From NCBI GenBank assembly GCA_965219085.1, contig OZ244720.1, positions 3,200,001 through 3,264,000 on the forward strand: a stretch of DNA of 64,000 nucleotides, given 5' to 3'. The translations under genes were made by a program, and so were the position numbers. Below the pieces are notes generated by a model that worked only from the letters and a program-made list of their open reading frames with translations, ran no database searches and was not told the origin of the DNA. The stretch comes from Dehalococcoidia bacterium (GTDB lineage Bacteria > Chloroflexota > Dehalococcoidia > UBA2979). This document shows, one piece after another, positions 9,074-19,135 of this stretch; the stretch's first letter is position 1; each line of letters starts with the position of its first letter.

Positions 9074-10492
9074 GTGGTAGCGGGTGTCCGCGACCCCATC
9101 GAGATAGCCGTCCTCTCGCACGACGGCATGCAGGACGTCGCGCCGGGCGTGGCGGCCCTCGCGGGCATCACGCCCGCGGCGGCCGCGGCCTCGCCTGCGC
9201 GAGGGCGTCCGCGCTTCTTCTACGGCTACGCCATGCTCGGCTCGCTGATGGGCATCCACTGGTACATGAGCGCCGCGTTCGTGTACGGCTTCGGCGCGCT
9301 CTTCGTGCCCATTCTCGATACGTTCGGATGGAGCCGCGGGATCGGCTCGCTCGCGGCTTCGTTCCGGCAGCCCGTGGGCGGCGCGATGGGGCCACTCGTC
9401 GGGATGTTCGTCGACCGCTACGGGGCGCGGCCGGTCGTGATCTCGGGCGTGCTTATCACGTCGTTCGGGCTGGCGTCGCTGAGCTGGATACAGTCGCTGT
9501 GGATGCTCTTCGCGTCGTTCGGGATCATCTCGCTCGGCATGAGCGCGACGCTCGGCGTCGGCTTCAACTCGGCGATCGTGAACTGGTTCGTGCGCAATCG
9601 AGGGCGGGCACTCGGCATCGGCTACTCCGGCGCCATCCTGAGCGGGCCGTTCGTCGGCGTCGTCGTGTGGATGGAGTCGACCTACGGCTGGCGCGACACG
9701 GCGTTCATGACCGGGGTCGGGATGCTGCTGCTCGGCCTCCCGCTCTCGCTGATCGTGCGCACCCGCCCGTCCGACATCGGCCAGCTCCCCGACGGCGACG
9801 ACCCGTCCGACCCCGCGGCCGTCGAGGCGCAGCGGGTAGCCCAGTCCGGACCGCAGTCGAGCGCGGGCGAGGCATTGCGGGACCGCAACCTGTGGCTGCT
9901 CGGGCTCGTCTTCGGGCTGCTCTCGATGGGCGTCTCGGGGTTCATGCTGCACCAGATCCCGTACTTCGAAAGCCTGGGCTTCAGTCGCGCCGCGGCGGCG
10001 AGCACGCTGGCGTACTTCACCATCCTGAGCGTGGTCGGCCGCATCGGCACCGGCTTCGTCATGGACTGGATGGGGCGACGCGGCCTCGATCTGCGGCTCG
10101 TGCCTGCGGGACTGCTCGCGATCCAGGCAGTCGCGCTGTTTTATGTAGCGCACGTCCAGACCTACTGGCAGATGATCCCGTTCACGCTGCTGTTGGGCAT
10201 CTCATTCGGTGGCGGCATTCCGGCGAGGCCGATCCTGATCACACGCGTCTTCGGCCTGCGCCAGTACGGCACGATCCAGGGGACGCTCAATTTCCTCGTG
10301 ATCCCGTTCTCGGTCGTCTCGCCCATGCTGCTCGGGCTGTTCTACGACTGGCGCGGCAACTACTACGCCGCGGTGATGCTGCTGGCCGTGCTCACGACGG
10401 CCGGCATCGCCTCGGCGTTCCTGCTGCGGCTCCCGCCCGCGCCGGGTGAAGCGAGCGAGGCAACGGAGGACGGCGCGCCGAGCGCTGCCTGA
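9074..10492 (+). CDS. MFS transporter (MFS-1)
   Basis: About 12 hydrophobic segments; DRYGARP and WFVRNRGRALG motifs; start GTG 9074 after GGAAGG (alternative ATG 9128). Confidence 0.9.
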   Translation: MVAGVRDPIEIAVLSHDGMQDVAPGVAALAGITPAAAAASPARGRPRFFYGYAMLGSLMGIHWYMSAAFVYGFGALFVPILDTFGWSRGIGSLAASFRQPVGGAMGPLVGMFVDRYGARPVVISGVLITSFGLASLSWIQSLWMLFASFGIISLGMSATLGVGFNSAIVNWFVRNRGRALGIGYSGAILSGPFVGVVVWMESTYGWRDTAFMTGVGMLLLGLPLSLIVRTRPSDIGQLPDGDDPSDPAAVEAQRVAQSGPQSSAGEALRDRNLWLLGLVFGLLSMGVSGFMLHQIPYFESLGFSRAAAASTLAYFTILSVVGRIGTGFVMDWMGRRGLDLRLVPAGLLAIQAVALFYVAHVQTYWQMIPFTLLLGISFGGGIPARPILITRVFGLRQYGTIQGTLNFLVIPFSVVSPMLLGLFYDWRGNYYAAVMLLAVLTTAGIASAFLLRLPPAPGEASEATEDGAPSAA

Positions 10493-10516
10493 GCGCGGCA
10501 CGCCATCCCGTGGCGG

Positions 10517-12228
10517 CTACCGGCGCCACTCCGCGATGTTCCACAGCTCGCTGTCCCACGCGTTGATGCGCACGCCTTGCAGCGTGTCGAGGTGGGCCGA
10601 CACGAATCCTCGAAGGACCAGCGGGATCTCGGCGTAACCCTGCACGAGCAGGTCGTTGAGCTGGCGGATGAGTGTCGCTCGCTGGCCTTCGTCCGTGGTC
10701 TGCGTGAGCGCCTCGAAGACCCGGTCGTACGCCGGGTCGCACCAGCGCGGGATGTTGCCGTCGGCCCAGTTGTTGTCGCGCGTTGCGATGTGGCCGCAGC
10801 GCAGGCCGGACAGGTACTCCTGCGGGTCGATACCCGGCCCGGTGGTGTACATCTGCACGTCCGCGAAGAACCGCCGGTAGGTCGACTCCGCGTCGGTGAC
10901 GAGGTCGCCGCCGAAGAACAGGCTCGCGTCGTGGTGCATGAGTTCCGCCTCGATGCCGATCTCCGCCCACCAGTCGCGCACGAGCGCCTGTGTGTCCTGG
11001 CGGATCGCGTTCGTCGAGGTCTGATAGGTGATACGCAGCGGGACGCCATCGTACTCGCGCACACCGTCACCGTCGGCGTCGACGACGCCGCGCTCGTCGA
11101 GGAGCCGGTTGGCGCCCTCGATGTCCTGGGCGAGGCACGCGTCGTTCGCCGTCGAGGCGTAGCGCTGTGGGCCTGGTACCAGGTTGCACGCCGGCGAGGC
11201 CGCGAACCCGTAGAGCTCGCTGGCGATGCGCCCGCGGTCGATGGCCATCGACATCGCCTGCGTGATCGGCGCGAACGTCAGGAACGGGTGCGGGTTCGCG
11301 CCGCCGAGGTACTCCGAGCGGTCGTCACCGAGCACTGGGTCGGGATTCGTGTGGTTGATGACGATGCGCTCGGTGTCACCCGCGAACGCCGCCACGACGG
11401 TGCCGAGGCCCGCTGCCTCCATCGCCGCGAGGGTCTCCGGTGGGACCTGCAGGTTCCAGGCGTAATCCGCCGCGCCTACCTCCAACACGGCGGCCGCAGC
11501 CGCTTCGGCCGTACCGCCCCCGACGATCTCGACGCGGTCGAAGTACGGCGTCTCGCCCCGGTACGGGTTGCGCTCGTACGACGCGCCCTCGTTGTGGGTG
11601 AAGCCGACGATGCGGTACGGGCCGGTACCGAGCGGCGCCATGTTCTGCGCATCGCACGTCGTGGCTGCCGCGCCGCCGCAGTCCGCGAACTGCGCGCCGC
11701 TGATGATCGGCGTTCCCGCACCCACGAACGCGTTGTACGGATACGGCGTCGGCGCGTCGAAGGTGATGCGGACCGTGTGCGCGTCGACGGCCTCGACGGA
11801 GGCGATGCCGGAGAACGCGTCGCCGACGGTGCAGCCGGTCGCCTCGTCGACGCAGTAGCGCCACGTGAAGACGACGTCGTCGGCCGTCACGTCACTGCCA
11901 TCGGACCACTGGAGGCCCTCGCGCAGCGTCCACGTGATCGAGGTCAGATCCGCGGCCACACCACCATTTGCGACGGTCGGGACCTCGACGGCGAGTCTCG
12001 CGACGAGCTCGCCCTCCGGGCTGTAGCCCGCGAGCGGTTCGAGGGTGACGGCAGCGGCGTCGAGGTCCTTGTATCCGCCGGAGAGGTACGCGCTAGGATG
12101 GATGGCGCCTGCCAGTAGAGGATGGTCAGCACCCGCTCCGGCTCGGCGGGCGGTGCCTCGGCGTCTTCGCAGGCGGCCAGCAGCACGAGGAAGGCGCGGG
12201 CGAACGGGAGTCCGAGGGTCGTACGCAA
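10517..12228 (-). pseudogene. Peptide/nickel ABC substrate-binding lipoprotein (SBP family 5), frameshifted
   Basis: Lipobox LAAC and YWQAPSI lie in one frame; YLSGGYKD...WSDG..VTADDVVFTW and PLGTGPY lie in another; 1-nt shift near 12093. Confidence 0.8.
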
Positions 12229-12409
12229 GGAGGCTCCTGCGGAGGCGTCGGGCAACGTCGGCGCGTCGTATGTGACGGGCGTGATGATAGCGCCACTTGC
12301 GGTCGCGTCGAACGTAGTAGGCGGCGCGACTCGCGCAGGCGGGCGACCCCTTCTACGATTGCCCGGCCGGCGCCGCAGGGGCGCTGCTGGAGTACAAGGA
12401 GATCGCCTC

Positions 12410-12844
12410 ATGCCCACACCCGACGAAGTCCGCGCCGAACTCGCCACCGCCCGCAACGAGCTGGCCGCGGCCCTGAGCGCGGCCTCGGCCGACACCTGGG
12501 AGCGCAAGCCGGAAAGCGGCGACGGCGAGGACGCCTGGTCCGCGCGCGAGGCCGCGCAGCACGTCGTCGGCGCGGAGCTCTACTACACCAACGCCGTCTG
12601 CGAGGCGTGCGGCTACGACGGCCCCGAGAGCCCGTTCGCGGGCGGCCTCGAGCTTGCGAGCCCCGCGGAGGCGGGCGCAGCGCTGGCGCAAGCCATCGCC
12701 GCCGCCGACTCGAAGATCCAGCACGTCAGCGCGGGTGACCTCGAGCGATCGCACGAGGGGATGGGTCCGCTGCCGGACGTGTTCGAGTCGTGGAGCGGGC
12801 ACCTGCGCGACCACGCCGCACAGATCACCGCCGCGGGCGGGTAG
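12410..12844 (+). CDS. DinB/DUF664-like protein
   Basis: WSAREAAQHV and HLRDHAAQI His motifs; AAGGAG RBS. Confidence 0.75.
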   Translation: MPTPDEVRAELATARNELAAALSAASADTWERKPESGDGEDAWSAREAAQHVVGAELYYTNAVCEACGYDGPESPFAGGLELASPAEAGAALAQAIAAADSKIQHVSAGDLERSHEGMGPLPDVFESWSGHLRDHAAQITAAGG

Positions 12845-12888
12845 CGAGCCGCCGGGCTACGGGCTGGCGAGGGGCGCGGATGAGCCGC

Positions 12889-12915
12889 ACCATCCACCTC
12901 GCCAACCCGTACGGG
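12889..12915 (+). repeat. 27-bp direct repeat, copy of the 5' end of the gene at 13614
   Basis: ACCATCCACCTCGCCAACCCGTACGGG versus ACCATCTACCTCGCCAACCCGTACGGG at 13641-13667 (26/27 identical). Confidence 0.9.
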
Positions 12916-12925
12916 GTGCGGTCGC

Positions 12926-13546
12926 TCAGGCCTGGCGTGCGCGTCGGCGGAAGGCACCCAAGGCGAGTCCTGCGAGGACGATGGTTACTGCTGCCACAAG
13001 GCCGATAGCCTGGCTATCCGTCGCTGATTGCCCCGACGCCATCCCGCTCCCTGTCTCGGGCGGGCTGGGAAGTGGTGACGCTACCGCCGGTTCCGGGTCT
13101 TCCGTCTCCGGTGCAGCCGCTGCTTGCCCGGGGATCTGCCCCTCCCCAAGGATCGCCAGGTCTTCCTGCGCGTACTCCAGGGGCAGGGTTCCGTTACAGA
13201 GCCAAACGCCGAGGAGGTCGCCGCCACCATTGGCGTAGACGAGGTACGCCCGTCCTGCTTCGAACGGGTACCCACAGTCCCCAGCACCCAGCGACGATGT
13301 CGTGAGGACGAGCGTCTCGGCGACAGGACCTTTCCATACACGAGCGACATCGAACGTCAGGACCACCGGGAATTCACCGTCTATCGAGACCAACTCACCG
13401 GAGAAGACTGCGGCGGACTGCTCCAGCGACACAAGGGGTGAATCGGGAGGCGCGCAGCTACACGCCATGGCCCGCTCGGTGCGCATGGCGGGTAAGAGCC
13501 CGAGGACCAGGGCGATGGCGGCGAGCCGTAAGACGCGGGAACGCAT
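12926..13546 (-). CDS. TIMP/NTR-like exported protein with C-terminal PxTG-TM-basic anchor
   Basis: Signal peptide then ACSC, VFSGELV, CGYPF..G..YLVYA; tail PPETGSG + TM + RRRAR. Confidence 0.75.
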   Translation of the reverse strand: MRSRVLRLAAIALVLGLLPAMRTERAMACSCAPPDSPLVSLEQSAAVFSGELVSIDGEFPVVLTFDVARVWKGPVAETLVLTTSSLGAGDCGYPFEAGRAYLVYANGGGDLLGVWLCNGTLPLEYAQEDLAILGEGQIPGQAAAAPETEDPEPAVASPLPSPPETGSGMASGQSATDSQAIGLVAAVTIVLAGLALGAFRRRARQA

Positions 13547-13613
13547 GCGACTCAGTGTAGCTGTGTGAGACGGGGTTGGCTGAAGAGCGCGCGCGGCTAT
13601 ACTGACGCCCGCC

Positions 13614-14096
13614 ATGCCGAGCGCTCAGCAGCACCCGAAAACCATCTACCTCGCCAACCCGTACGGGTTCTCCGCCCAGCAGAAGGCCACGCTCCTCCCA
13701 CCTATCGTCGAGGCCCTCGAGTCGCTCGGGCTAGAGGTGTGGGAGCCATTCGCGCGCAATAACCAGGTCGACTTCCTCGAGCCGGGCTGGGCGTACCGCA
13801 TCGGCCAGGCGGACCTCCGCGACGTGGAGGAGTGCGACGCCATCTTCGCCGTCGTCAACGGCGTCCCGCCCGACGAGGGCGTGATGGTCGAGCTCGGCGT
13901 GGCGATCGCGCTGCGCAAGCCGACGTTCCTGTTCCGCGACGACCACCGACGCGCCACCGAGAGCGAGGAGTACCCGCTCAACCTGATGCTCTTCACCGGC
14001 CTGCCCGCCGACGCGTGGCGCGACTCGTTCTACACCTCGGTCGAGGAGATCACGGCGCCGGACAAGGCGCTGGCGCGCTGGGCGCGGGAGACGTAG
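13614..14096 (+). CDS. Nucleoside 2-deoxyribosyltransferase family protein
   Basis: IYLANPYGF, PDEGVMVELGVA, PLNLML motifs. Confidence 0.88.
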   Translation: MPSAQQHPKTIYLANPYGFSAQQKATLLPPIVEALESLGLEVWEPFARNNQVDFLEPGWAYRIGQADLRDVEECDAIFAVVNGVPPDEGVMVELGVAIALRKPTFLFRDDHRRATESEEYPLNLMLFTGLPADAWRDSFYTSVEEITAPDKALARWARET

Positions 14097-14103
14097 CCGC
14101 GGT

Positions 14104-15324
14104 CTAGCCGATCACGCCGTCGGCGCAGAGCCGCTCGTACTCCTCCTCGGGGACGCCGAGGAGGTCACAGAACACGTCGCGGTTGTGCTGGCCGAGCATC
14201 GGCGCGGGGCCGTAGGCGAGCTCGGGCATGGCGCTGAAGCTGCCGGGCATGCCCGCAACCTCACGAGGTCCGACCTCGGGGTGGTCGATCGGCGTGAGGT
14301 AGCCGCGCTCGCGCAGCGTGCCGTCGTTCGCGAGGTCGCGAGGGCCCCACGCCGGCGCGGCGGGGATGCCGCGCGCCTGGAGCAGGCGGGCGAGGTCGTG
14401 TGCGTCGTGGCCGCGCGTCCACGCGGTGATGCCTTCGTCGATGTCGTCGTGGCGCTCGCGCCGGCCGCGCGCCGTGGCGAGACCTGCGTCGAGCGCCCAT
14501 TCCGGGCGTCCCATCGCGTCGACGAGAGCACTCCACTGCTCATCCGTCTCGGTGGAGATGGCGATCCACGCGTCGTCGCCGGCGGTGCGGTAGACGCCCT
14601 GGGGGGCGAAGACGGGGTGGCGGTTGCCGTCACGCGTCCCGACGCGCCCGTTGAACTCGTGGTCGAACAGCGGCTCGGGCGTCATCGCCACGACCGTCTC
14701 GGCCATCGAGAGGTCGATGTGCTGGCCCTGCCCCGTGCGTTCGCGCTCGTGCAGGGCGACGAGGATGGAGAACACCATCTGCAAGCTGATCATGAAGTCG
14801 GGGTACGCGCCGCCGTAGGCGGCGGGCGGGCCGCCCGGGTATCCCGTGATCCACGGCAGGCCCGTGTAGGCCAGGGTCGTCGGGCCCCAGCCGGTGGCGG
14901 CGGCCTCCGGACCCGTGAGGCCGACGGGCGACCCGGAGAGCATGATCAGGTTCGGCCGCACCTTGCACAGCTCCTCGTAGCCAAGGCCGAGGCGGTCGAT
15001 GACGCCGGTCGAGAAGTTCTCGGTGACGATGTCGCTCTGCTCGACGAGCTGCAGCGCGAGGTCCTTCCCCTCGGGTTTCGCGAGGTTCAGTGTGACGCCG
15101 CGCTTGCTGTAGTTGAGGCCGTTGAAGGCGCCCGAGCGGTTGAGGCCCGCGACGCCGCCGACGCCGCGGTTCATGCCCTGCACGCGGAGCAGGTCGAGCC
15201 GCACCTCGGTCTCGACGCGGATCACGTCGGCCCCGAGCGTGCCGAGGTACGCGGTGGCGTGGGGCACCGAGAGGATCCAGCCGAAGTCGGTGACGCGGAT
15301 GCCGTCGAGTGGCTTGTTCTGCAT
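14104..15324 (-). CDS. Family III CoA-transferase (CaiB/BaiF)
   Basis: PLDGIRVTDF, LGADVIRVE, NYSKRGVTLNL, APMLGQHN. Confidence 0.92.
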   Translation of the reverse strand: MQNKPLDGIRVTDFGWILSVPHATAYLGTLGADVIRVETEVRLDLLRVQGMNRGVGGVAGLNRSGAFNGLNYSKRGVTLNLAKPEGKDLALQLVEQSDIVTENFSTGVIDRLGLGYEELCKVRPNLIMLSGSPVGLTGPEAAATGWGPTTLAYTGLPWITGYPGGPPAAYGGAYPDFMISLQMVFSILVALHERERTGQGQHIDLSMAETVVAMTPEPLFDHEFNGRVGTRDGNRHPVFAPQGVYRTAGDDAWIAISTETDEQWSALVDAMGRPEWALDAGLATARGRRERHDDIDEGITAWTRGHDAHDLARLLQARGIPAAPAWGPRDLANDGTLRERGYLTPIDHPEVGPREVAGMPGSFSAMPELAYGPAPMLGQHNRDVFCDLLGVPEEEYERLCADGVIG

Positions 15325-15338
15325 GGTCCGCCTCCGGC

Positions 15339-16556
15339 CTACCCCTGGATCGCGCCGTCGCGGAAGAGCGCGAGGATCGCGTCGCGGTCGTAACCGATTT
15401 CCGACAGGACTTCCTCGGTGTGCTCGCCGAGCCGAGGCGCTGGGCGGTCGATCGCCCACCGCGACCCGGTTTGCTGCACGGGCGCGCCGGGCTGCACGTA
15501 TCGGCCCGCCTCGGGGTGCTCGACCTCGACGAAGAAGCCACGCGCCTGTAGCTGCGGCGAGGCGCGCATCTCGCTCGCCGAGTAGACGGGGAAGCACGGC
15601 ACCTTGTTCTCGATCGACATCCAGTAGAGCTCGTCGCGGGTGTGGTTCCGCGCCCACGCGCTGACGTGCGGCTCGATGTCGTTGACGTGCTCGGTGCGAC
15701 CCAGGCCGGTCAGGTACACCTCGTCGCGCGCCCACTCGGGGTCGCCCATCATGCGGCGCAGCGACAGCCACCAGTGATCGAGGCCGTACGGCGCGAAGAA
15801 GATGTGGCCGTCCTTGCACTCCAGCACCTGCCCGAACGCCGCCTTTTCGCGTCCGACCATGAGGTCGGGGTTGTACGCGAGCGTGTTCCACGTCATCCGC
15901 ACGTGGTTCGTGTTCGCCTCGACGCCGGACACGTCGACGAGTTGGCCGCTGCCGTACACGCGGCGATAGGTGATGGCGACCATCGTGTCGGCCGCGGCGG
16001 TGATACCGCTGAGGTAGTCCGCCTGCGGGTTGCCGGGGCTGAGCGGTGGCTCGTGCTCTGGGTCGGTCACGAACCCCGAGGGCGTCTCGCGGCCCATGCC
16101 GCTCATCTGGTAGACGGTGTGCGCGTTCCCCACCCAGTCCCGGTACGGCCCGGTGAAGCCGTACGGCGTCACGACCGTGACGACGAGCCGCTCGTTCGCC
16201 GCGAGGAGCGCGTCGACGTCGATGCCGAGCGCTTCGAGTTGCGTGCGCGGCCGGTCGAGGATGAGCACGTCGGCGTCGGCTGCGAGCCGCGTGAGCGCCT
16301 CGACGCCGCCGGTGTGCGTGAGGTCGAGCGTGATGCCGCGCTTGTTGCTGTTGAGGTAGAGGAACTGACCGCTGCGCTCGAGGTGCGGACGGTCGTCGGC
16401 GAAGGGGCCGAAGCGCCGCGAGGAATCACCGCCGGGGGGCTCGACCTTGATCACGTCGGCGCCGAGGTCAGCGAGCAGCTTGCCGCAGTAGGGTCCGGCG
16501 ACGCCGTCGGCGCACTCGATCACGCGGAGGTCGGAGAGCGTCGGAGAGCTGGCCAC
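15339..16556 (-). CDS. Family III CoA-transferase (tandem partner)
   Basis: LADLGADVIKVEPPGGD, NSNKRGITLDL, APRLGEHT. Confidence 0.92.
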   Translation of the reverse strand: MASSPTLSDLRVIECADGVAGPYCGKLLADLGADVIKVEPPGGDSSRRFGPFADDRPHLERSGQFLYLNSNKRGITLDLTHTGGVEALTRLAADADVLILDRPRTQLEALGIDVDALLAANERLVVTVVTPYGFTGPYRDWVGNAHTVYQMSGMGRETPSGFVTDPEHEPPLSPGNPQADYLSGITAAADTMVAITYRRVYGSGQLVDVSGVEANTNHVRMTWNTLAYNPDLMVGREKAAFGQVLECKDGHIFFAPYGLDHWWLSLRRMMGDPEWARDEVYLTGLGRTEHVNDIEPHVSAWARNHTRDELYWMSIENKVPCFPVYSASEMRASPQLQARGFFVEVEHPEAGRYVQPGAPVQQTGSRWAIDRPAPRLGEHTEEVLSEIGYDRDAILALFRDGAIQG

Positions 16557-16639
16557 GGCGCCTGCCTTGCTGCCGCTGAGCGGCGCCGTCAGCCTACGCG
16601 TGCAGCGGCGAGGCTTACAAGCCGGGGCCTGGCCCGTAC

Positions 16640-16915
16640 CGGGAGATGCCTCTGGAGCGGCGCTGGAACGCCGTGGTCGAGCAGGATCCTCACGAGCCCA
16701 TCGCGTGCGACAGGGCGTTCACTTCGTGATTGAGGACGGCGTCCACATCCGCGCGCTCGACGCCCGGGAACCACTCGACGAACTCGTCAACCGTAGCGCC
16801 GGGCCGGAGGTTCTCGAACAATGCGTAGACGGGCACGCGCGTGCCTCGAAACACCCTTGCCGCTGACCTTGCCCGGATGACGGTCGACTGCCGGGCACGT
16901 CTCCCGGTTCGTCAT
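16640..16915 (-). pseudogene. Decayed DUF433 antitoxin plus truncated DUF5615/PIN-like toxin
   Basis: MTNRETCPAVDRHPGKVSG shifts frame to VFRGTRVPVYALFENL...EWFPGV (stop 16690); overlapping GTG gives RILLDHGVPAPLQRHL and then degenerates. Confidence 0.75.
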
Positions 16916-16965
16916 GCCGTCACCTCGACTCTGGGCACGCTCGCCTCGATCGATCCAGGCGTACC

Positions 16966-18246
16966 TCAGACCGCGAGCGCGCCCGTTGCGCGCAGCTCCG
17001 CGAGCTCCTCGGCGGTGACGCCGATGTCGGTCAGCACCTCGTCGGCGTGGACGCCGAACGCCGGGGCGGCGCGCTCCGCGCCCGTCGGGCTGTACCGCAT
17101 CTTCACGATCGGGCCGACCATCCGCTCCGGCCCGGACACCTCGTGCTCGACGTCGACCAGGAAGTCCATCGCCTCGACCTGCGGGTCGTGCGTGAGGTCC
17201 TCGGGGATCTGGACCTTCGAGACCGGTGCGCCCTCCTTGTCGAACAGCTCGATCCACTCGTCCATGGTCCTGGTGAGCATGATCGAGCGGATGCGATCGC
17301 CGAGCTCCTCGATGATCGGGTCGTATGCCGGATCGAGCGCGTTGAAGTCAGGGCTCGCGCTGGGGTCGTCCTCGATGCCGATGGCCCGGCGCATTTGTTC
17401 GCGGTTAGCAGGCGTGAGGGAACCGAGGATCAGCGCGCCGTCCTTGACGCGGTACCCGGTGTAGTACAGCCGGAACGCCTTCCCGGTCGCGTTCGTGCTC
17501 TTGCGCACGTTGATGACCTCTTCGTAGGTCCCGCCGCGCTCGCGGACAGAAGCGATCTCGTCCATAACTGGGCGCTTCAGCAGCTCGTCGGAAACCGGCA
17601 GTTCGCTGATGTGCCCGCCCTGCAGCACGAGCGCCGACTGCAGCAGCGAAGTCTGGATGAACTCGCCCTTGCCCGTGATCGAGCGTCGGTACAGCGCGGC
17701 GCAGACACCCATCGCCGCCCCGAGCGCGGTCGCGAAGTCGGCGACGGCGCTGCAGGAGATGGACTGCGGCGCGCCATACTCGTCGATCTTGCCCTCGCCG
17801 GCCATGAGGCCCGAGTACGCCTGCGCGACGATGTCGGAGCCGGAGCGCCGCGCGCTCGGCCCGGAGGAGCCGTAGCCGGTGCTCTCGACGTAGATGAGGT
17901 CCTCACGGAACTGCTTCAACGTCTCGTAGTCGAGCCGCAGCCGGTCGGTCACGCCCGCGCGGGCGTTCACGAGGAACACGTCGAATTGCGGGATCATGCG
18001 GTGCACGAGTTCCTGGGCCTCGGGCTGCTTGAGGTCCAGCGCGATGCTGCGCTTGCCGCGGTTGAGGACGTGGAAGCCTTTGCTCTCCATTGGCGCGAAC
18101 GCGCCGATGACGCGCGTGCCGTCGCCCTGGGGCGGTTCGATCTTGACGACGTCGGCGCCGAGGTCGGCGAGGTTCACCCCCGCGAACGGCCCGGCCACGA
18201 TCTGCGTCAGTTCCAGCACCCGTACCCCGTCGAGCGGTCCCGGCAT
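16966..18246 (-). CDS. Family III CoA-transferase
   Basis: GPLDGVRVLELTQIVAGP, NRGKRSIALDLK. Confidence 0.93.
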   Translation of the reverse strand: MPGPLDGVRVLELTQIVAGPFAGVNLADLGADVVKIEPPQGDGTRVIGAFAPMESKGFHVLNRGKRSIALDLKQPEAQELVHRMIPQFDVFLVNARAGVTDRLRLDYETLKQFREDLIYVESTGYGSSGPSARRSGSDIVAQAYSGLMAGEGKIDEYGAPQSISCSAVADFATALGAAMGVCAALYRRSITGKGEFIQTSLLQSALVLQGGHISELPVSDELLKRPVMDEIASVRERGGTYEEVINVRKSTNATGKAFRLYYTGYRVKDGALILGSLTPANREQMRRAIGIEDDPSASPDFNALDPAYDPIIEELGDRIRSIMLTRTMDEWIELFDKEGAPVSKVQIPEDLTHDPQVEAMDFLVDVEHEVSGPERMVGPIVKMRYSPTGAERAAPAFGVHADEVLTDIGVTAEELAELRATGALAV

Positions 18247-18344
18247 TGTTTGTCCCCTCCCCCTGACGCGCCGTGCGCGGCGCGCGTGACGGGGATGCTA
18301 CCGGAACACGGCGGGATGGTGCAGGCAGGGGCGGGGGTCGCGCG

Positions 18345-18738
18345 CTACACGGACTCGATCGCGAGATCGGCGAGGCGCTCGAAGTGTCGCCGGTTGTTGG
18401 TGAGCAGGGTCAAACCGTGCCGGAGTGCGGTCGCGCCGATCAGGATGTCGAGGTCCCCGATGAGGGTACCTTCAGCCCGCAGTCGGTTGCGCTCCCGCCC
18501 GAAGATCCGGACACGTAGGCTCGTCGAGATCGACGATGGTCACACCCAGTACGAAGTCGCGCAGTCGCTGTTCGTCATCCTGCGGATTTCTCGTAGTGAC
18601 GAGTCCTTCGTGGAGTTCGGCGAGCGATATGATACTCAATCCTATGTCATCTGAGGCAAGTTCATTGATCCGGCGGACCGTCGGCCCGTACCCGTGCAGA
18701 TAGTCGATGACCCAGTCTGAGTCCAGCAGATACTGCAC
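18345..18738 (-). pseudogene. vapC: VapC PIN toxin, frameshifted
   Basis: YLLDSDWVID...SLAELHEG, then an extra base near 18510 before RIFGRERNRLR...DLDILIGATAL...LTNNRRHF. Confidence 0.82.
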
Positions 18739-18742
18739 GCAG

Positions 18743-19042
18743 TTACAGGTTTGGCGGTTCACGCGAGCCGGTGATGCGGGCTTCATAGATCATTCGCTTG
18801 AGCTCCTCGGGATCGGAGTTACCCTTCCATCTCCCCGCCGCGGCTCGGAACGCCTCGGTTACTCGCCCGCGCGAGGCGCCTTCCTCGACTGCGCTCGCGG
18901 GGGCTGACTCTCCTTCCCCCTCGGTCGCATGCACCTGCTCTTCCACGAACACGTCCACCTGGGCGCCTTCTTCGAAGCCCAGCGGCTCCTCCGGCTCGAG
19001 GACGCCGTGCTTGTAGCGGGCCTTGATGCGCCTGAGCACCAT
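18743..19042 (-). CDS. AF2212/DUF104-like antitoxin
   Basis: IKARYKHGVLEPEEPLGFEEGAQV motif directly upstream of the PIN gene. Confidence 0.8.
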   Translation of the reverse strand: MVLRRIKARYKHGVLEPEEPLGFEEGAQVDVFVEEQVHATEGEGESAPASAVEEGASRGRVTEAFRAAAGRWKGNSDPEELKRMIYEARITGSREPPNL

Positions 19043-19135
19043 GATTCGCCTCCGTGGCTGGGGCCCATCATCGCACACGAAGGACGCGCAACCGCGGGGC
19101 AAACGTCGAATCCGGAAGTTGATGGGCGCTCGACG

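Noticed and set aside
12749-12763. SHEGM match to the MFS tail motif in the DinB protein
   Set aside because: It lies inside the folded DinB domain at a position where H-x-x-x-G-like segments are common; treated as a likely chance match and noted as a caveat.
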